In this document: positions 10,929-21,308 of the stretch, one piece after another
How positions within the stretch are numbered: the first letter of the stretch is position 1
Layout of the letters: each line of letters opens with the position of its first letter
Assembly (NCBI GenBank): GCA_963787125.1
Contig: CAWBBV010000011.1
Coordinates: forward strand, 248,243 to 312,242
Direction: 5' to 3'
DNA: 64,000 nt
Origin: an uncultured delta proteobacterium
Lineage (GTDB): Bacteria > Desulfobacterota > Desulfuromonadia > Geobacterales > DSM-12255
The notes under the pieces: model-generated
Told to the model about the DNA's origin: nothing
Databases searched by the model: none
What the model saw: the letters and a program-made list of their open reading frames with translations, nothing else
Made by a program: the position numbers and the translations under genes

Positions 10929-11693
10929 ATGTATAACCTCATAATTTCACTGTCTCTTGGTCTTGTCACTTACGCTCTCTTCGCTTTTGCAGCCTCTCTT
11001 GCCTGGTGGATAGCGCTAGTCGCTGCGACCATTGTCATGCTCGGCACGTTCTATCTGATTTCCCGCATAATAATGAAAAAGATTGAAGCAATAATGTCCG
11101 GCGCAATGAAGGATCTGCAGACCCAGCGGGTGACAAGCAAAGAGATGCAGATTCAGCTTGTTGATCGCGCCATCAAAGAGATGCAGGCCGCCTTCCAGTA
11201 TGAAAAATGGCAGATATATGTCAGCGGACAGATTAATGCCTCAATCGGCATGCTTTACTACATCAAGCGAGACTTCAATGCCGCTTTTCCCTACCTTGAA
11301 AAAGGTTTTTTCAAGAACTGGGTGACAATGGGAATGCTCGGCGTTTATTACCTGAAAAAGAATAAAAAGGATAAGATGAAGGAGACTTTCGAGAAGGCTG
11401 TTCTTGGAAGCCCGAAAGAATCACTTGTCTGGGCACTTTACGCTTACTGTCTCTGCGAATCAGGTGATCAGGACAAAGCAAAAGAGATCCTTGAAAAAGG
11501 ACTCAAGAAGATTCCCGGCAATGAGCAGCTTTTCCTGAACCTCGATCTTCTCAAAGAGGGCAAACGGATGAAGATGACCGGTTACGGCGAAATGTGGTAT
11601 CAGTTCCACCTGGAAAGTACCGCTGCTCTGCAGAAGCAGCACCAGATGACGTCAATGACCGGGGGCATGAAGCGCAAGGTAGTCAGAAGGTGA
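10929..11693 (+). CDS. Membrane-anchored TPR-like protein
   Basis: Two N-terminal TM helices followed by helical TPR-like repeats; overlaps the ispE start (GTGA). Confidence 0.7.
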   Translation: MYNLIISLSLGLVTYALFAFAASLAWWIALVAATIVMLGTFYLISRIIMKKIEAIMSGAMKDLQTQRVTSKEMQIQLVDRAIKEMQAAFQYEKWQIYVSGQINASIGMLYYIKRDFNAAFPYLEKGFFKNWVTMGMLGVYYLKKNKKDKMKETFEKAVLGSPKESLVWALYAYCLCESGDQDKAKEILEKGLKKIPGNEQLFLNLDLLKEGKRMKMTGYGEMWYQFHLESTAALQKQHQMTSMTGGMKRKVVRR

Positions 11694-12536
11694 TAGCATC
11701 TCTGCGACTGAAGGCTCCGGCAAAGGTAAATTTCAGGCTGGATGTGCTAAAAAAAAGGCCGGACGGCTATCACGAACTACGGATGATAATGCAGAGAATC
11801 GACCTCTGCGATGAGATTAATATTTCCCTCCGTCAGGAACCAGGCATTTCCCTCTCCTGTGACCATCCATATATACCTACAGACAAACGCAACATTGTCT
11901 GGAAAGGCTGCAGACGAAATCCTCAAACACTCCGGTCAAAAATCCGGCGTACGCATAAAACTGAAAAAAAACATCCCGGTTGCCGCCGGCCTTGGTGGAG
12001 GAAGCTCAGACGCAGCTACAACCCTGATGGGACTCAACGAACTGCTTAAAACAGGTTTGACTGACGAGCAGTTGATGACCATCGGAATCAGACTGGGCGC
12101 CGACGTACCCTTTTTTATTTTCAGGAAAGCTGCGTTAGCCGAAGGAATCGGAGAAAAACTTTACCCGCTGGAAAAGATCCCCAAACTCTGGCTCTGCCTT
12201 GTTAATCCTGGAATTCATGTCTCTACATCCTGGGCGTATCAAAGTTTGAACTTGACAAGCGAAAAAGTCGCGGCTAAAATTCCTATTCTTTATAATTCAG
12301 CCATGGATGTATCCGGTATCCTTTCAAACGATCTGGAGACAGTGACAATAGCTAAATTCCCGCTCATCAGCCAGATAAAGGAAAACCTCCTTGCAGCTGG
12401 AGCAAATGGAGCGCTAATGTCAGGAAGTGGTTCTACCGTTTTTGCTATTTTTGAAACAGAATCAGCTGCCCGCAGCGCCATGGAATCACTCTCGTTTGAT
12501 GACCGGTGGTTCAGGGCAGTAGTAACCACAATCTGA
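11690..12536 (+). CDS. ispE: 4-diphosphocytidyl-2-C-methyl-D-erythritol kinase, with a +1 frameshift near 11905
   Basis: APAKVNFRLDVLKKRPDGYHEL in one frame; KNIPVAAGLGGGSSDAA, LGADVPFF and MSGSGSTVF in the next. Span is 847 nt (282 codons + 1). Confidence 0.92.
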
Positions 12537-12572
12537 ATCACCGTACGCCCGGCACTGATGCCGGTCGATTAT

Positions 12573-12647
12573 TGGGGTGTCGCCAAGCGGTAAGGCACCG
12601 GATTTTGATTCCGGCATTCCCAGGTTCAAATCCTGGCACCCCAGCCA
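12573..12647 (+). tRNA. tRNA-Gln(UUG)
   Basis: TGGGGTG/CACCCCA acceptor stem, CCGGA-TTTTGAT-TCCGG anticodon arm, GTTCAAATC T loop, encoded CCA; classic ispE-tRNA-Gln-prs order. Confidence 0.97.
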
Positions 12648-12695
12648 CTATAAGAAACAGGGCGGCGATATGCCGCCCTAAAAGTTGGTACAATC

Positions 12696-13641
12696 ATGCA
12701 AGACAGAATCAGGATTTTCAGCGGTAACTCGAATCGCTCCCTCGCAGAGAAGATCTGCTGCGAACCTTTCCCTCCCTCTTGGCAAGGCAAAGGTTAAAAC
12801 GTTCTCAGACGGCGAAATTATGGTTGAGATCGAGGAGAATGTCCGTGGCAGAGACATCTACATAATCCAGTCAACCTGCGCACCGACAAACAACAACCTG
12901 ATGGAGTTGCTCATCATCATGGATGCTCTTCGCAGAGCGTCGGCCGCAACGATAACTGCCGTGATCCCTTACTACGGTTATGCCCGCCAGGACAGAAAAG
13001 CAGCCCCGCGAACCCCTATTACTTCAAAACTCGTCGCCGATCTCATCACCTCAGCCGGCGCTGACCGGGTTGTGACGGTAGATCTTCATGCCGGCCAGAT
13101 TCAGGGCTTTTTCAACATCCCGGTAGACAATCTCTATGCGGCGCCAGTCATGCTTGAACATCTAAAGACCAAGTTCAGCGACGAAGAGATTGTCATGGTC
13201 TCTCCAGATGCCGGCGGGACAGAGCGAGCTCGTGCTTTTGCAAAAAGGCTTGGCTGCACCCTGGCGGTTATTGATAAAAGAAGAACCGGCCCAAATGTTG
13301 CCGAGGTTATGCACCTTATTGGCGATGTAAAAGATAAAGTTGCGATTATCCTTGACGACATGATAGATACTGCCGGAACCCTGACCCAGGCTGCCGGGGC
13401 CCTCAAACTTCACGGAGCGAGTAGAATTTACGCATGCGCCACCCATGGAGTACTTTCCGGACCGGCAATTGACCGCATCAACGACTCGGCCATTGAAGAG
13501 GTTCTCATCACCGACACTGTGCCTCTTGTTGAATCCGGAAAGGATCTTGGCAAGATCAGAGTATTGACTGTTTCCGAACTTCTTGCCGAAGCAATTCGTA
13601 GAATCCATGAGGATGAATCGGTAAGCTCCCTCTTTGTATGA
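12696..13641 (+). CDS. prs: Ribose-phosphate pyrophosphokinase, with a +1 frameshift near 12765
   Basis: ATG 12696 gives [21 protein letters not shown]. The rest ([31 protein letters not shown]) is in the next frame. Span is 946 nt (315 codons + 1). Confidence 0.93.
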
Positions 13642-13716
13642 CATTTTGTCATTTTGTAGCGATGAATAATTTCTTTTAGAAATTTAACTTATTTAAGATT
13701 GAAGGAGATCACGAGC

Positions 13717-14289
13717 ATGAACGAGCTTAATGTAGAGATCAGAAATAAAACCGGTAAAGGCGTCTGTCGCCAACTCCGGATTGCCGGCAGGATTCCCGGA
13801 ATTGTTTACGGCAAAGGATTCACCTCCACCGCAGTGAGCATCAACCAGCGTGAGTTCCTCAAAACAATTGAAGGTTCACAAAACTCACTTATCACTCTCA
13901 AAGGTGATGGCGTTGTTAACGATGCCGTTGTCATTGTTGCAACACTGCTCCGCGATCCACTCAAAGGGACCCCGCGTCACGTTGACCTTCACAAGGTAAA
14001 CATGGATGAGAAAGTCCGAGTAGACGTCAAGATAAGACTCAAAGGAACCGCAAAAGGGGTAAAGGATGGCGGCATGCTGGAGTTTGTCAAGCATACCGTC
14101 GAAATAGAGTGCCTCCCTGCCCTGATCCCGGCGCACATCGATGTTGATGTAACCGCCCTTACTATCGGTCACTCTATTCATCTGGCAGACATCCAACTCC
14201 CTGCAAACGTAAAACTGATGGACGATCCTAAAACATCTGTTGTCAGCATTCTCGGCAAGGTAAAAGAGGATGCCCCTGCTGCAGCATAG
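13717..14289 (+). CDS. rplY: 50S ribosomal protein L25/Ctc
   Basis: GKGVCRQLRIAGRIPGIVYG, HVDL and GVKDGG motifs; AAGGAG RBS. Confidence 0.95.
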   Translation: MNELNVEIRNKTGKGVCRQLRIAGRIPGIVYGKGFTSTAVSINQREFLKTIEGSQNSLITLKGDGVVNDAVVIVATLLRDPLKGTPRHVDLHKVNMDEKVRVDVKIRLKGTAKGVKDGGMLEFVKHTVEIECLPALIPAHIDVDVTALTIGHSIHLADIQLPANVKLMDDPKTSVVSILGKVKEDAPAAA

Positions 14290-14314
14290 CAGTCTGCTTC
14301 TTCAGGGATAGTAT

Positions 14315-14890
14315 ATGGCAGTAAAACTCATAGTGGGGCTGGGTAATCCCGGCCCCAAATATTCTTGGACCCGCCACAATGCGGGTTTCCTAGTTTTAGA
14401 TCGGTTTGCTCATCTTTCCGGAATCCCGCTCACTAAAAAAAGTTTCGGCGGACTGTACGGTGAAGGTGAATTTAAAGGGAATAGACTTCTACTCCTCAAA
14501 CCACAGACGTTCATGAATCTTTCCGGTCGCTCTGTAGCAGAGGCACTCCGTTTCCATAAACTTGATCCGGCCGATAGCATTGTAATCCACGATGAACTCG
14601 ACATCCCTTTCGGGCAGCTAAAACTCAAAGCAGATGGTGGCCATAGCGGGCACAACGGTCTCCGTTCACTTCATCAGGAACTGGGCTATGGCGGTTATAA
14701 CCGCCTGAGAATTGGCATCGGCAGGCCTTTGCACGGGAATATGGCAGACTACGTGCTGGCCAACTTCGGAAAAGATGAAATGACAGCACTCCCCGCGGTT
14801 ATCGACGGTGCTGTCGACGCACTGGAGATGCTGCTACTTGAAGGTCTCCCAAAAACCATGAGTCTCTATAACAACAAAAACCTTATCTGA
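14315..14890 (+). CDS. pth: Peptidyl-tRNA hydrolase
   Basis: LIVGLGNPG, TRHNAGF, KPQTFMNLSG, HDELD and GHNGLRS motifs. Confidence 0.98.
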   Translation: MAVKLIVGLGNPGPKYSWTRHNAGFLVLDRFAHLSGIPLTKKSFGGLYGEGEFKGNRLLLLKPQTFMNLSGRSVAEALRFHKLDPADSIVIHDELDIPFGQLKLKADGGHSGHNGLRSLHQELGYGGYNRLRIGIGRPLHGNMADYVLANFGKDEMTALPAVIDGAVDALEMLLLEGLPKTMSLYNNKNLI

Positions 14891-14944
14891 AAACCCGCTT
14901 AACAGTCCAATAAGACAGCATTATCCAGTAAAAGGAACTAATCC

Positions 14945-16039
14945 ATGGGATTCAACTGCGGCATAGTAGGCCTTCCGAATGTCGGAAAATCAACGATTTT
15001 TAACGCTCTAACGGCTGCAGGCGCAGAGTCGGCAAATTATCCTTTCTGTACCATTGATCCTAATGTCGGCATAGTCCAGGTTCCTGACCCGCGGATGCAA
15101 CAGCTCGCAATCATCGTCAAACCGGAGCGAATTCTGCCAACGACTATTGAGATTGTGGACATTGCCGGACTCGTCAAGGGCGCCAGTCAGGGTGAAGGTC
15201 TCGGCAACAAATTTCTTGGCCATATCCGTGCTGTTGACGCTATCATTCATGTTGTCCGCTGTTTTAACGATGACAATGTTGTCCACGTCGATGGCAGTGT
15301 CAATCCCATCAGAGATATCGAGGTGATTCAGTTAGAATTGGCGCTTGCCGACCTTGACACGGTTGATAAACGGATTCTGCGCAGCGAAAAACTCGCCAGA
15401 AGCGGTGACCGAAAAGCCAAGGACGAAAACGACTTCTGCCTTCGCGTCAAAAAAGAACTGGAAGCTGGCAGACCCGCACTCGGGCTGGCAGAGGGCGATG
15501 AGGAACAGATTATCCTCAAAGAAATGTGCCTGCTTACTGACAAGCCGGTGCTTTATGTAGCCAATGTCGCCGAGGATGACCTTGAGGGGAAACACCCTTT
15601 CGTTGCCCAGGTTGCGGAAATAGCAGCCAAAGAAGGGGCAAAGATGGTCACCATCTGCGGCAAAATCGAGGCTGAAATATCCGAGCTTGACGGTGAAGAA
15701 AAAGCCGAGTTTCTCGCCGAAATGGGTCTGCCCGAGTCAGGACTGGATAGGCTCATCCGTTGCGGTTACGGACTTTTGGGACTAATAACCTACTTCACTG
15801 CCGGAGTGAAAGAGGTGCGAGCCTGGACGATTACCAAAGGGACAAAAGCCCCCCAGGCAGCGGGAGTCATTCACAGTGATTTTGAAAAAGGGTTCATTCG
15901 CGCCGAGGTAATCGCCTTCAAGGATTACATCGCATCAAACGGTGAGTCGGGAGCCAAGGAAAAAGGTCTTATGAGGCTTGAGGGGAAAGAGTATATAGTT
16001 CAGGACGGCGACGTCATGCATTTCAGGTTCAACGTATAA
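14945..16039 (+). CDS. ychF: Redox-regulated ATPase YchF
   Basis: [32 protein letters not shown] and GFIRAEV motifs. Confidence 0.98.
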   Translation: MGFNCGIVGLPNVGKSTIFNALTAAGAESANYPFCTIDPNVGIVQVPDPRMQQLAIIVKPERILPTTIEIVDIAGLVKGASQGEGLGNKFLGHIRAVDAIIHVVRCFNDDNVVHVDGSVNPIRDIEVIQLELALADLDTVDKRILRSEKLARSGDRKAKDENDFCLRVKKELEAGRPALGLAEGDEEQIILKEMCLLTDKPVLYVANVAEDDLEGKHPFVAQVAEIAAKEGAKMVTICGKIEAEISELDGEEKAEFLAEMGLPESGLDRLIRCGYGLLGLITYFTAGVKEVRAWTITKGTKAPQAAGVIHSDFEKGFIRAEVIAFKDYIASNGESGAKEKGLMRLEGKEYIVQDGDVMHFRFNV

Positions 16040-16081
16040 GGCAGAGTCTCACTTCGGGCTCCATATAAACAGGAGGTAGTA

Positions 16082-16990
16082 ATGAGTATTCTTGTGGTAG
16101 GTTCTGTGGCGATAGACTCCGTCGAGACCCCTTTCGGAGTCGGTGAAAACGTCCTTGGCGGCTCGGCAACATATTTTTCTACCTCAGCGAGCTTTTTTAC
16201 CGATGTAAACCTTGTCGGGGTTGTCGGCGATGATTTTCCTCAGGAGCATATCGATTTCCTTCAGTCACGCAGCATAGACCTGCGTGGACTGGTGCGAGAG
16301 AGCGGCAAAACCTTCCACTGGAAAGGGCGTTACGATTTCAATCTCAATGAAGCCCAGACCCTCGATACCCAGCTTAATGTTTTCCAGACATTCAGGCCGC
16401 AAATACCGGCAGAATATGCTGACACCGAATATCTTATCCTTGCCAACATCGACCCGGATCTTCAGCTTGAAGTTCTAGCTCAGGTAAAAAAACCGCGTGT
16501 CATAGCATGTGACACTATGAACTTCTGGATCTCCTCAAAACCGGACGTCCTTAAGAAGGTCATCGCTAAAGTCGATTTTTTTATCATCAATGAAGGTGAA
16601 GCGCGGCAATTAACCGGAGAGGTAAATCTGGTCAAAGCCGCGAAACTGATTCTCGCCATGGGAGCAAAGAACCTGATAATCAAACGCGGTGAATACGGCG
16701 TCCTGCTCTTCACCAGTGATTCGATTTTTGCAGCACCGGCCTACCCGCTGGAAAACGTATTTGACCCGACCGGTGCGGGCGATACCTTTGCTGGAGGCTT
16801 TATGGGTTACCTGGCAAACACCGGCAATCTTTCCGAAAACGGGGTGAGACAGGCGATCATTTACGGCAGTGTCATGGCCTCTTTCAATGTTGAGGATTTC
16901 AGCCTGGACCGGCTAAGGACCCTGACTCACAGCGAGATAGAAGAGCGTTTCAAAACCTTCAAAAATATGACCCACTTCGAAGCTCTCTGA
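16082..16990 (+). CDS. PfkB-family carbohydrate/nucleoside kinase
   Basis: LGGSATY, NEGEA and DPTGAGDTFAGG signatures. Confidence 0.92.
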   Translation: MSILVVGSVAIDSVETPFGVGENVLGGSATYFSTSASFFTDVNLVGVVGDDFPQEHIDFLQSRSIDLRGLVRESGKTFHWKGRYDFNLNEAQTLDTQLNVFQTFRPQIPAEYADTEYLILANIDPDLQLEVLAQVKKPRVIACDTMNFWISSKPDVLKKVIAKVDFFIINEGEARQLTGEVNLVKAAKLILAMGAKNLIIKRGEYGVLLFTSDSIFAAPAYPLENVFDPTGAGDTFAGGFMGYLANTGNLSENGVRQAIIYGSVMASFNVEDFSLDRLRTLTHSEIEERFKTFKNMTHFEAL

Positions 16991-17011
16991 CACAAAGCAG
17001 TATTCAGCAGG

Positions 17012-17054
17012 AAAAAAAGAAGGCCGCCGAATTCCCTGGTGGCCTTCTTTTTTT
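17012..17054 (+). terminator. Intrinsic terminator (symmetric, possibly bidirectional)
   Basis: A7-GAAGGCCGCC...GGTGGCCTTC-T7. Confidence 0.8.
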
Positions 17055-17093
17055 ATTGCGGACACGAAAAGAGCAGGTACGATTTAAAGTCAT

Positions 17094-17948
17094 GTGAGTT
17101 ATAATGCGGACCAATACATGGAGTCAAAAATGAATCGTGTAACACTTGACGGCATCATACTGTCTCTTGCCAGGCCGGTTGAACTCAATCTGCAGTGGGT
17201 TGGTCAGGACGAGTTACTCCTGCAGCTGCTAGCGGCCTGGATGGTAATTGATGAGCGGGATATCCCTTTCAATCCCCGTCTTATAGGCAAACCTGGCGTC
17301 GGCAAAACGACTTTGGCATATGCTGCGGCCAAACGTCTGCAGCGACCGGTCTACCTTTTTCAGGCTACCATGGATACCCGCCCTGAGGACCTGATTGTCA
17401 CACCGGTAATCGGCCCTGATGCAAAGATTCAGTATGCTGCATCATCACTGGTGTCGGCCATGCTCACTGGAGGGATACTTATTCTCGATGAAGGCAACCG
17501 CATGAGCGAGAAAGCCTGGGCCTCTCTTGCGCCGCTCCTTGATGACCGCCGCTACGTTGAGTCTATTGTTACCGGCTTGCGAATTTCAGCCCAGAAGGAT
17601 TTTCGCATTGTGGTCACCATGAACGAAGACTCCTCAACTTTCGAGATACCAGAATATATCCACTCACGCCTGCAACCTCAGATTTATATCGACTTTCCTG
17701 AAGCCGACGAAGAGTTGACTATTCTCAAAGAGAATCTGCCTTTTGCTGACAGCGCAATCCTGAAGTATGTGGTGAATTTTCTGCAGCGTGCCCATAAGCA
17801 CGATGAACTGTATTCTGTCCGAGACGGGATCAACATCGCCCGCTATGCTCTCAAAATGTCCGCTGCCGGCGGTTCACCCCCCATAGAGTTGCTGCGGCTT
17901 TCTGTGGCACGAATCCTCGGGAACGAAGCGCTCCCCTACCTCGACTAA
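17094..17948 (+). CDS. MoxR/AAA_5-type AAA+ ATPase
   Basis: Walker A GKPGVGKT, Walker B ILILDEGNR, FRIVVTMN; exact start uncertain. Confidence 0.85.
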   Translation: MSYNADQYMESKMNRVTLDGIILSLARPVELNLQWVGQDELLLQLLAAWMVIDERDIPFNPRLIGKPGVGKTTLAYAAAKRLQRPVYLFQATMDTRPEDLIVTPVIGPDAKIQYAASSLVSAMLTGGILILDEGNRMSEKAWASLAPLLDDRRYVESIVTGLRISAQKDFRIVVTMNEDSSTFEIPEYIHSRLQPQIYIDFPEADEELTILKENLPFADSAILKYVVNFLQRAHKHDELYSVRDGINIARYALKMSAAGGSPPIELLRLSVARILGNEALPYLD

Positions 17949-17952
17949 TAAC

Positions 17953-19929
17953 ATGCCTGAACGTCTCTATCTGGAACGATTCGGACCGGTGCATGCCCTG
18001 CCGATGCTGCATTACCGGCTGGAATTCGCCCAACTGGTGCGCATGGCAGTTCATCAGGTGCGACCAGATGCCGTTGCCATAGAGCTCCCACCAACCCTGG
18101 AAGTCCCCTTTCTAAGAGCAGTGCGACGACTACCGCAAATCTCGGTGATCAGTTATCAGCTCGAGTTAACGAAGGGCTCAGGGCACGACAATGGCGAAAC
18201 GGTCTATCTGTTGGTGGAACCGGCAGATCCTCTGGTAGAGGCCGCCCGGTTGGCGCTGGAATTGAAACTGCCACTGTATTTTATTGATGTTGATACCGCC
18301 GGCTACCCCCGCCATTATGAGCGACTGCCTGACTCCTACAGTATCCGCCGGATTGGCCTGGCAGCCTACTACCGCGCATACAGGGAAACCTGTGCCGAGC
18401 AGCCCCCCTGTCGTGAAGACCGCCGCCGTGAACAGGGGATGGCTTTCCGGTTACAACAACTAGGTCAAAAATATCAGCGTATTCTCTATGTCTGCGGAAT
18501 GGCCCATCTGGAACGGGTCAAATGTAATTTCGCAACTCCGCAAGCTGCGCCGCTGGAGCGGATCCGGCGGGAGGGCATATCTGTCCGGAACCTGCACCCT
18601 GATTCCTGTGGTGAAGTACTGGCCGAGTTCCCCTTTCTTGCAGCGAACTACGAGTATCGTCGCGGCCCTCTACCGCCTGAACCGGAGGAGAACGGCAGTG
18701 GTCTGCGCAAGCGATTCCACGCTCTGGAGTTGATCTCCGGGGGCAAGAAAGAGCTTTCCGAAGAGATCCTCATGGATAATGCCATTAGCAGAGCCATTCG
18801 CCGCAGTGGGCATGAAGGCGCCTTTCCAGACCGGCAACGCATCATCTACCAGCTCTTCTGCGAAGCGTCCCGCCACTACCGTCAAGAGACCGGAGAACCA
18901 CTGCACATCTGGCAGAAACGTAGCTTCTTCCGTTTCTCCCGAAACTATGCCTTGCAGAGCGGTATGCTGTTGCCTGACCTCTTTCAGCTTCTGACAGCGG
19001 CTCGCAGCTGTGTTGACGACAATTTTGCTTATGCGCTCTGTCGTCTGGCTACTTTCTATCCATGGCAAACAGAAAGTAGCGACCTTGCCACTGTACGCAT
19101 TGCCCCGGAAGATATTTGGGGCGGCAGTCGCCAACTCCGCTTCAGGCCACGCCAGAAAAGAAGTAAAGGTCTCTCTCAAATCGGGCTTCTCAAGCGCAAA
19201 AAGGAACACCATCCTGGTGAATGGCTGGCAGGTTTCGATGATCCGTCCATCTGCTCCTACCCGCCGGAAGATATTGCCATAGAAGATTATGGCCGCTTTC
19301 TCAAGCGTAAAGGGAAGCAACAGTTGTCAGAAGAACTCAGCCGCAGTGAAAAATTCAGTGCCTCGCTGCTGGACGGTATCGATATGCGGGAAACTCTACG
19401 CAATCTTCACGATGGCGCCATCTATGTCAAAGAACAGCAGCGCGCAAAGGGCAGTGTGGGGTGTCTTGTGGTTATTTTTGACGAGGATCGTCGCACGCAG
19501 CGTTATCCGTACCGAATGACCTGGCTCGGAGAACATGAGCAGGAATCGGATATGGCCTTTTACGCCACCGATCCGGCAGAAAACATTGTCGGCCCCGGCA
19601 TCTGCCGTTGCGAGTACGGTGGCTTCCTGCTTTCATACCCACCCCGCCGCATGATGAATATCTGGCCGGATCCGGATTATCGCCAGGCATTAACCAGTGC
19701 GGAGGTACTTTTACTGGCAGCGCTGGACTACTCTATCGAGAAGCATGTGGTTTATGTGGCATCTAAACCCCCTCGCAGTATCTTTAAACAGGCGGCTTCA
19801 CGGCGTGATCGAAAAATAGTTTATATCCCCATAGGATCGCTGTCTCCCCACAAGCTCAAGCAGTTACGGATTCTCCATATCCTCTCCGGCAAGGATAAGC
19901 GTGATATTGCCAAAGATTACGTCTGGTGA
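17953..19929 (+). CDS. Uncharacterised partner of the AAA+ ATPase (TraB/GumN-like N-terminal fold suspected)
   Basis: 658-aa ORF starting 4 nt after the ATPase; H...PDAVAIELP, DRRREQGMA and YVCGMAH motifs. Confidence 0.6.
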   Translation: MPERLYLERFGPVHALPMLHYRLEFAQLVRMAVHQVRPDAVAIELPPTLEVPFLRAVRRLPQISVISYQLELTKGSGHDNGETVYLLVEPADPLVEAARLALELKLPLYFIDVDTAGYPRHYERLPDSYSIRRIGLAAYYRAYRETCAEQPPCREDRRREQGMAFRLQQLGQKYQRILYVCGMAHLERVKCNFATPQAAPLERIRREGISVRNLHPDSCGEVLAEFPFLAANYEYRRGPLPPEPEENGSGLRKRFHALELISGGKKELSEEILMDNAISRAIRRSGHEGAFPDRQRIIYQLFCEASRHYRQETGEPLHIWQKRSFFRFSRNYALQSGMLLPDLFQLLTAARSCVDDNFAYALCRLATFYPWQTESSDLATVRIAPEDIWGGSRQLRFRPRQKRSKGLSQIGLLKRKKEHHPGEWLAGFDDPSICSYPPEDIAIEDYGRFLKRKGKQQLSEELSRSEKFSASLLDGIDMRETLRNLHDGAIYVKEQQRAKGSVGCLVVIFDEDRRTQRYPYRMTWLGEHEQESDMAFYATDPAENIVGPGICRCEYGGFLLSYPPRRMMNIWPDPDYRQALTSAEVLLLAALDYSIEKHVVYVASKPPRSIFKQAASRRDRKIVYIPIGSLSPHKLKQLRILHILSGKDKRDIAKDYVW

Positions 19930-20142
19930 TTAATGGGGAACGTGACCATCTAATACCGTGTGAAGTGGATTTCAATTTATGGCAATCTTGACTTAAATTT
20001 GAATCAGGGGTTAAAAGAGAGTTAAAGAACTGATAGTTGATATTTAAAAAGATGTTACAGACAGCCACCGGAGCTGAGGTTCACTGAACTTTTCCCCCAA
20101 AGCAGCAGTCTTGCATTATTTACGTATACCAAGGAGTTTTTC

Positions 20143-20805
20143 ATGGAAGCGATCAAATGCATAACGACAAGAAGCAGCGTCCGAAGATTCGCACCTGACC
20201 CTGTTTCTCGGGAGGCCATCGGTGATATCGTGCGGGCGGCACAATGGAGTCCTTCCTATAAGAACAGCCAGCCGTACGTAGTTGTGGCTGTGTCTGGTAA
20301 ACGGAGAGAAGCCCTCACGACGATGCTCCTTGAACTGCTCGACACCAAGGCAGCGTCTACCTGTGACCTGCCGGCTCCCACACATTGGCCTGAACCTATC
20401 GCCTCCCGGATTAATGATCTCATGGCGAAACGCTCTGCAATTGCCGGGATAGACCTGAATGCTCCTGATTCTATCCTTCGCTCAAAAAAAGCCAATTTCA
20501 GATTTTATGGTGCCCCCTGCGCGCTCTTCATACTTCAGGACGCATCGCTGGGAGAGTGGTCTATTCTTGATGCCGGCATCTTTGCTCAGAGTCTGATGCT
20601 GGCAGCTCATGCGCAGGGTCTTGCAACCGTTCCCCAGGCGTATCTTACCGATTATGCCAAGGAGATAAAAACCTTCCTCGACATACCTGGAACCATGCGT
20701 ATTGTCTTAGGCATATCGATTGGGTATCCCGGAGTTGCCCATGAAGATCTTCCTCCTCGCCCCGAAAGAATTCCACTTGAGGAAATTCTGAGTTTCGTTG
20801 ATTAG
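20143..20805 (+). CDS. Nitroreductase family protein
   Basis: RSSVRRF, SPSYKNSQP, DAGIFAQSLMLAAHAQGL and IGYP motifs. Confidence 0.92.
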   Translation: MEAIKCITTRSSVRRFAPDPVSREAIGDIVRAAQWSPSYKNSQPYVVVAVSGKRREALTTMLLELLDTKAASTCDLPAPTHWPEPIASRINDLMAKRSAIAGIDLNAPDSILRSKKANFRFYGAPCALFILQDASLGEWSILDAGIFAQSLMLAAHAQGLATVPQAYLTDYAKEIKTFLDIPGTMRIVLGISIGYPGVAHEDLPPRPERIPLEEILSFVD

Positions 20806-20830
20806 AGGCGACTCTTCATGAAGCCATTGC

Positions 20831-20876
20831 AAAAAAAAGCTGTAACCCCCTAAATCATCATCCGGGGATTACAGCT
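20831..20876 (-). terminator. Intrinsic terminator downstream of rnpB
   Basis: AGCTGTAACCCC...GGGGATTACAGCT stem with an A run on +. Confidence 0.7.
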
Positions 20877-20890
20877 ATATAAAATTGGTC

Positions 20891-21287
20891 GAAGCAGACC
20901 ATAAGCCGGGTTCTGTTCCTGCCTGCGGTTACCCGCTGAAAGGTGGCAGCCATTCATCTAGGATCGCTGTTACCAACGATCTCAAGCAACCAACCCGGAA
21001 GCACGGACGGGCCGTCCTTAACGCTCCCCTATTTGGTCTTGCTCCTGGTGGGGTTTACCTGGCATCCGACGTCACCGCCGAACCCGGTGAGCTCTTACCT
21101 CACCCTTTCACCCTTACCTGTTAAAGCCAAAGCTATGACAGGCGGTCTTCTCTCTGTGGCACTATCCCTGGGGTCACCCCCGCTGGACGTTATCCAGCAC
21201 CATACCCTGTGGAGCCCGGACTTTCCTCCCCAATGCCACCAATCTGATAATCAGAAAGTGGCATGCGGCGACTGCCTGTTCTGCTTC
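20891..21287 (-). ncRNA. rnpB: RNase P RNA (type A)
   Basis: The minus strand has GAGGAAAGTCCGGGCTCC, AGTGCCACAGA, GGTAAACCCC and ACAGAACCCGGCTTA, with terminal P1 pairing GAAGCAG/CTGCTTC. Confidence 0.97.
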
Positions 21288-21308
21288 AACCAAAGCCTCT
21301 GACCTTTG

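Noticed and set aside
11690..13641. ispE and prs as true pseudogenes or programmed frameshifts
   Set aside because: Both are essential, otherwise intact and lack canonical slippery motifs; sequencing error is more parsimonious.
20885..21302. ORFs 20885-21124 and 20943-21302
   Set aside because: They are antisense to the RNase P RNA gene.
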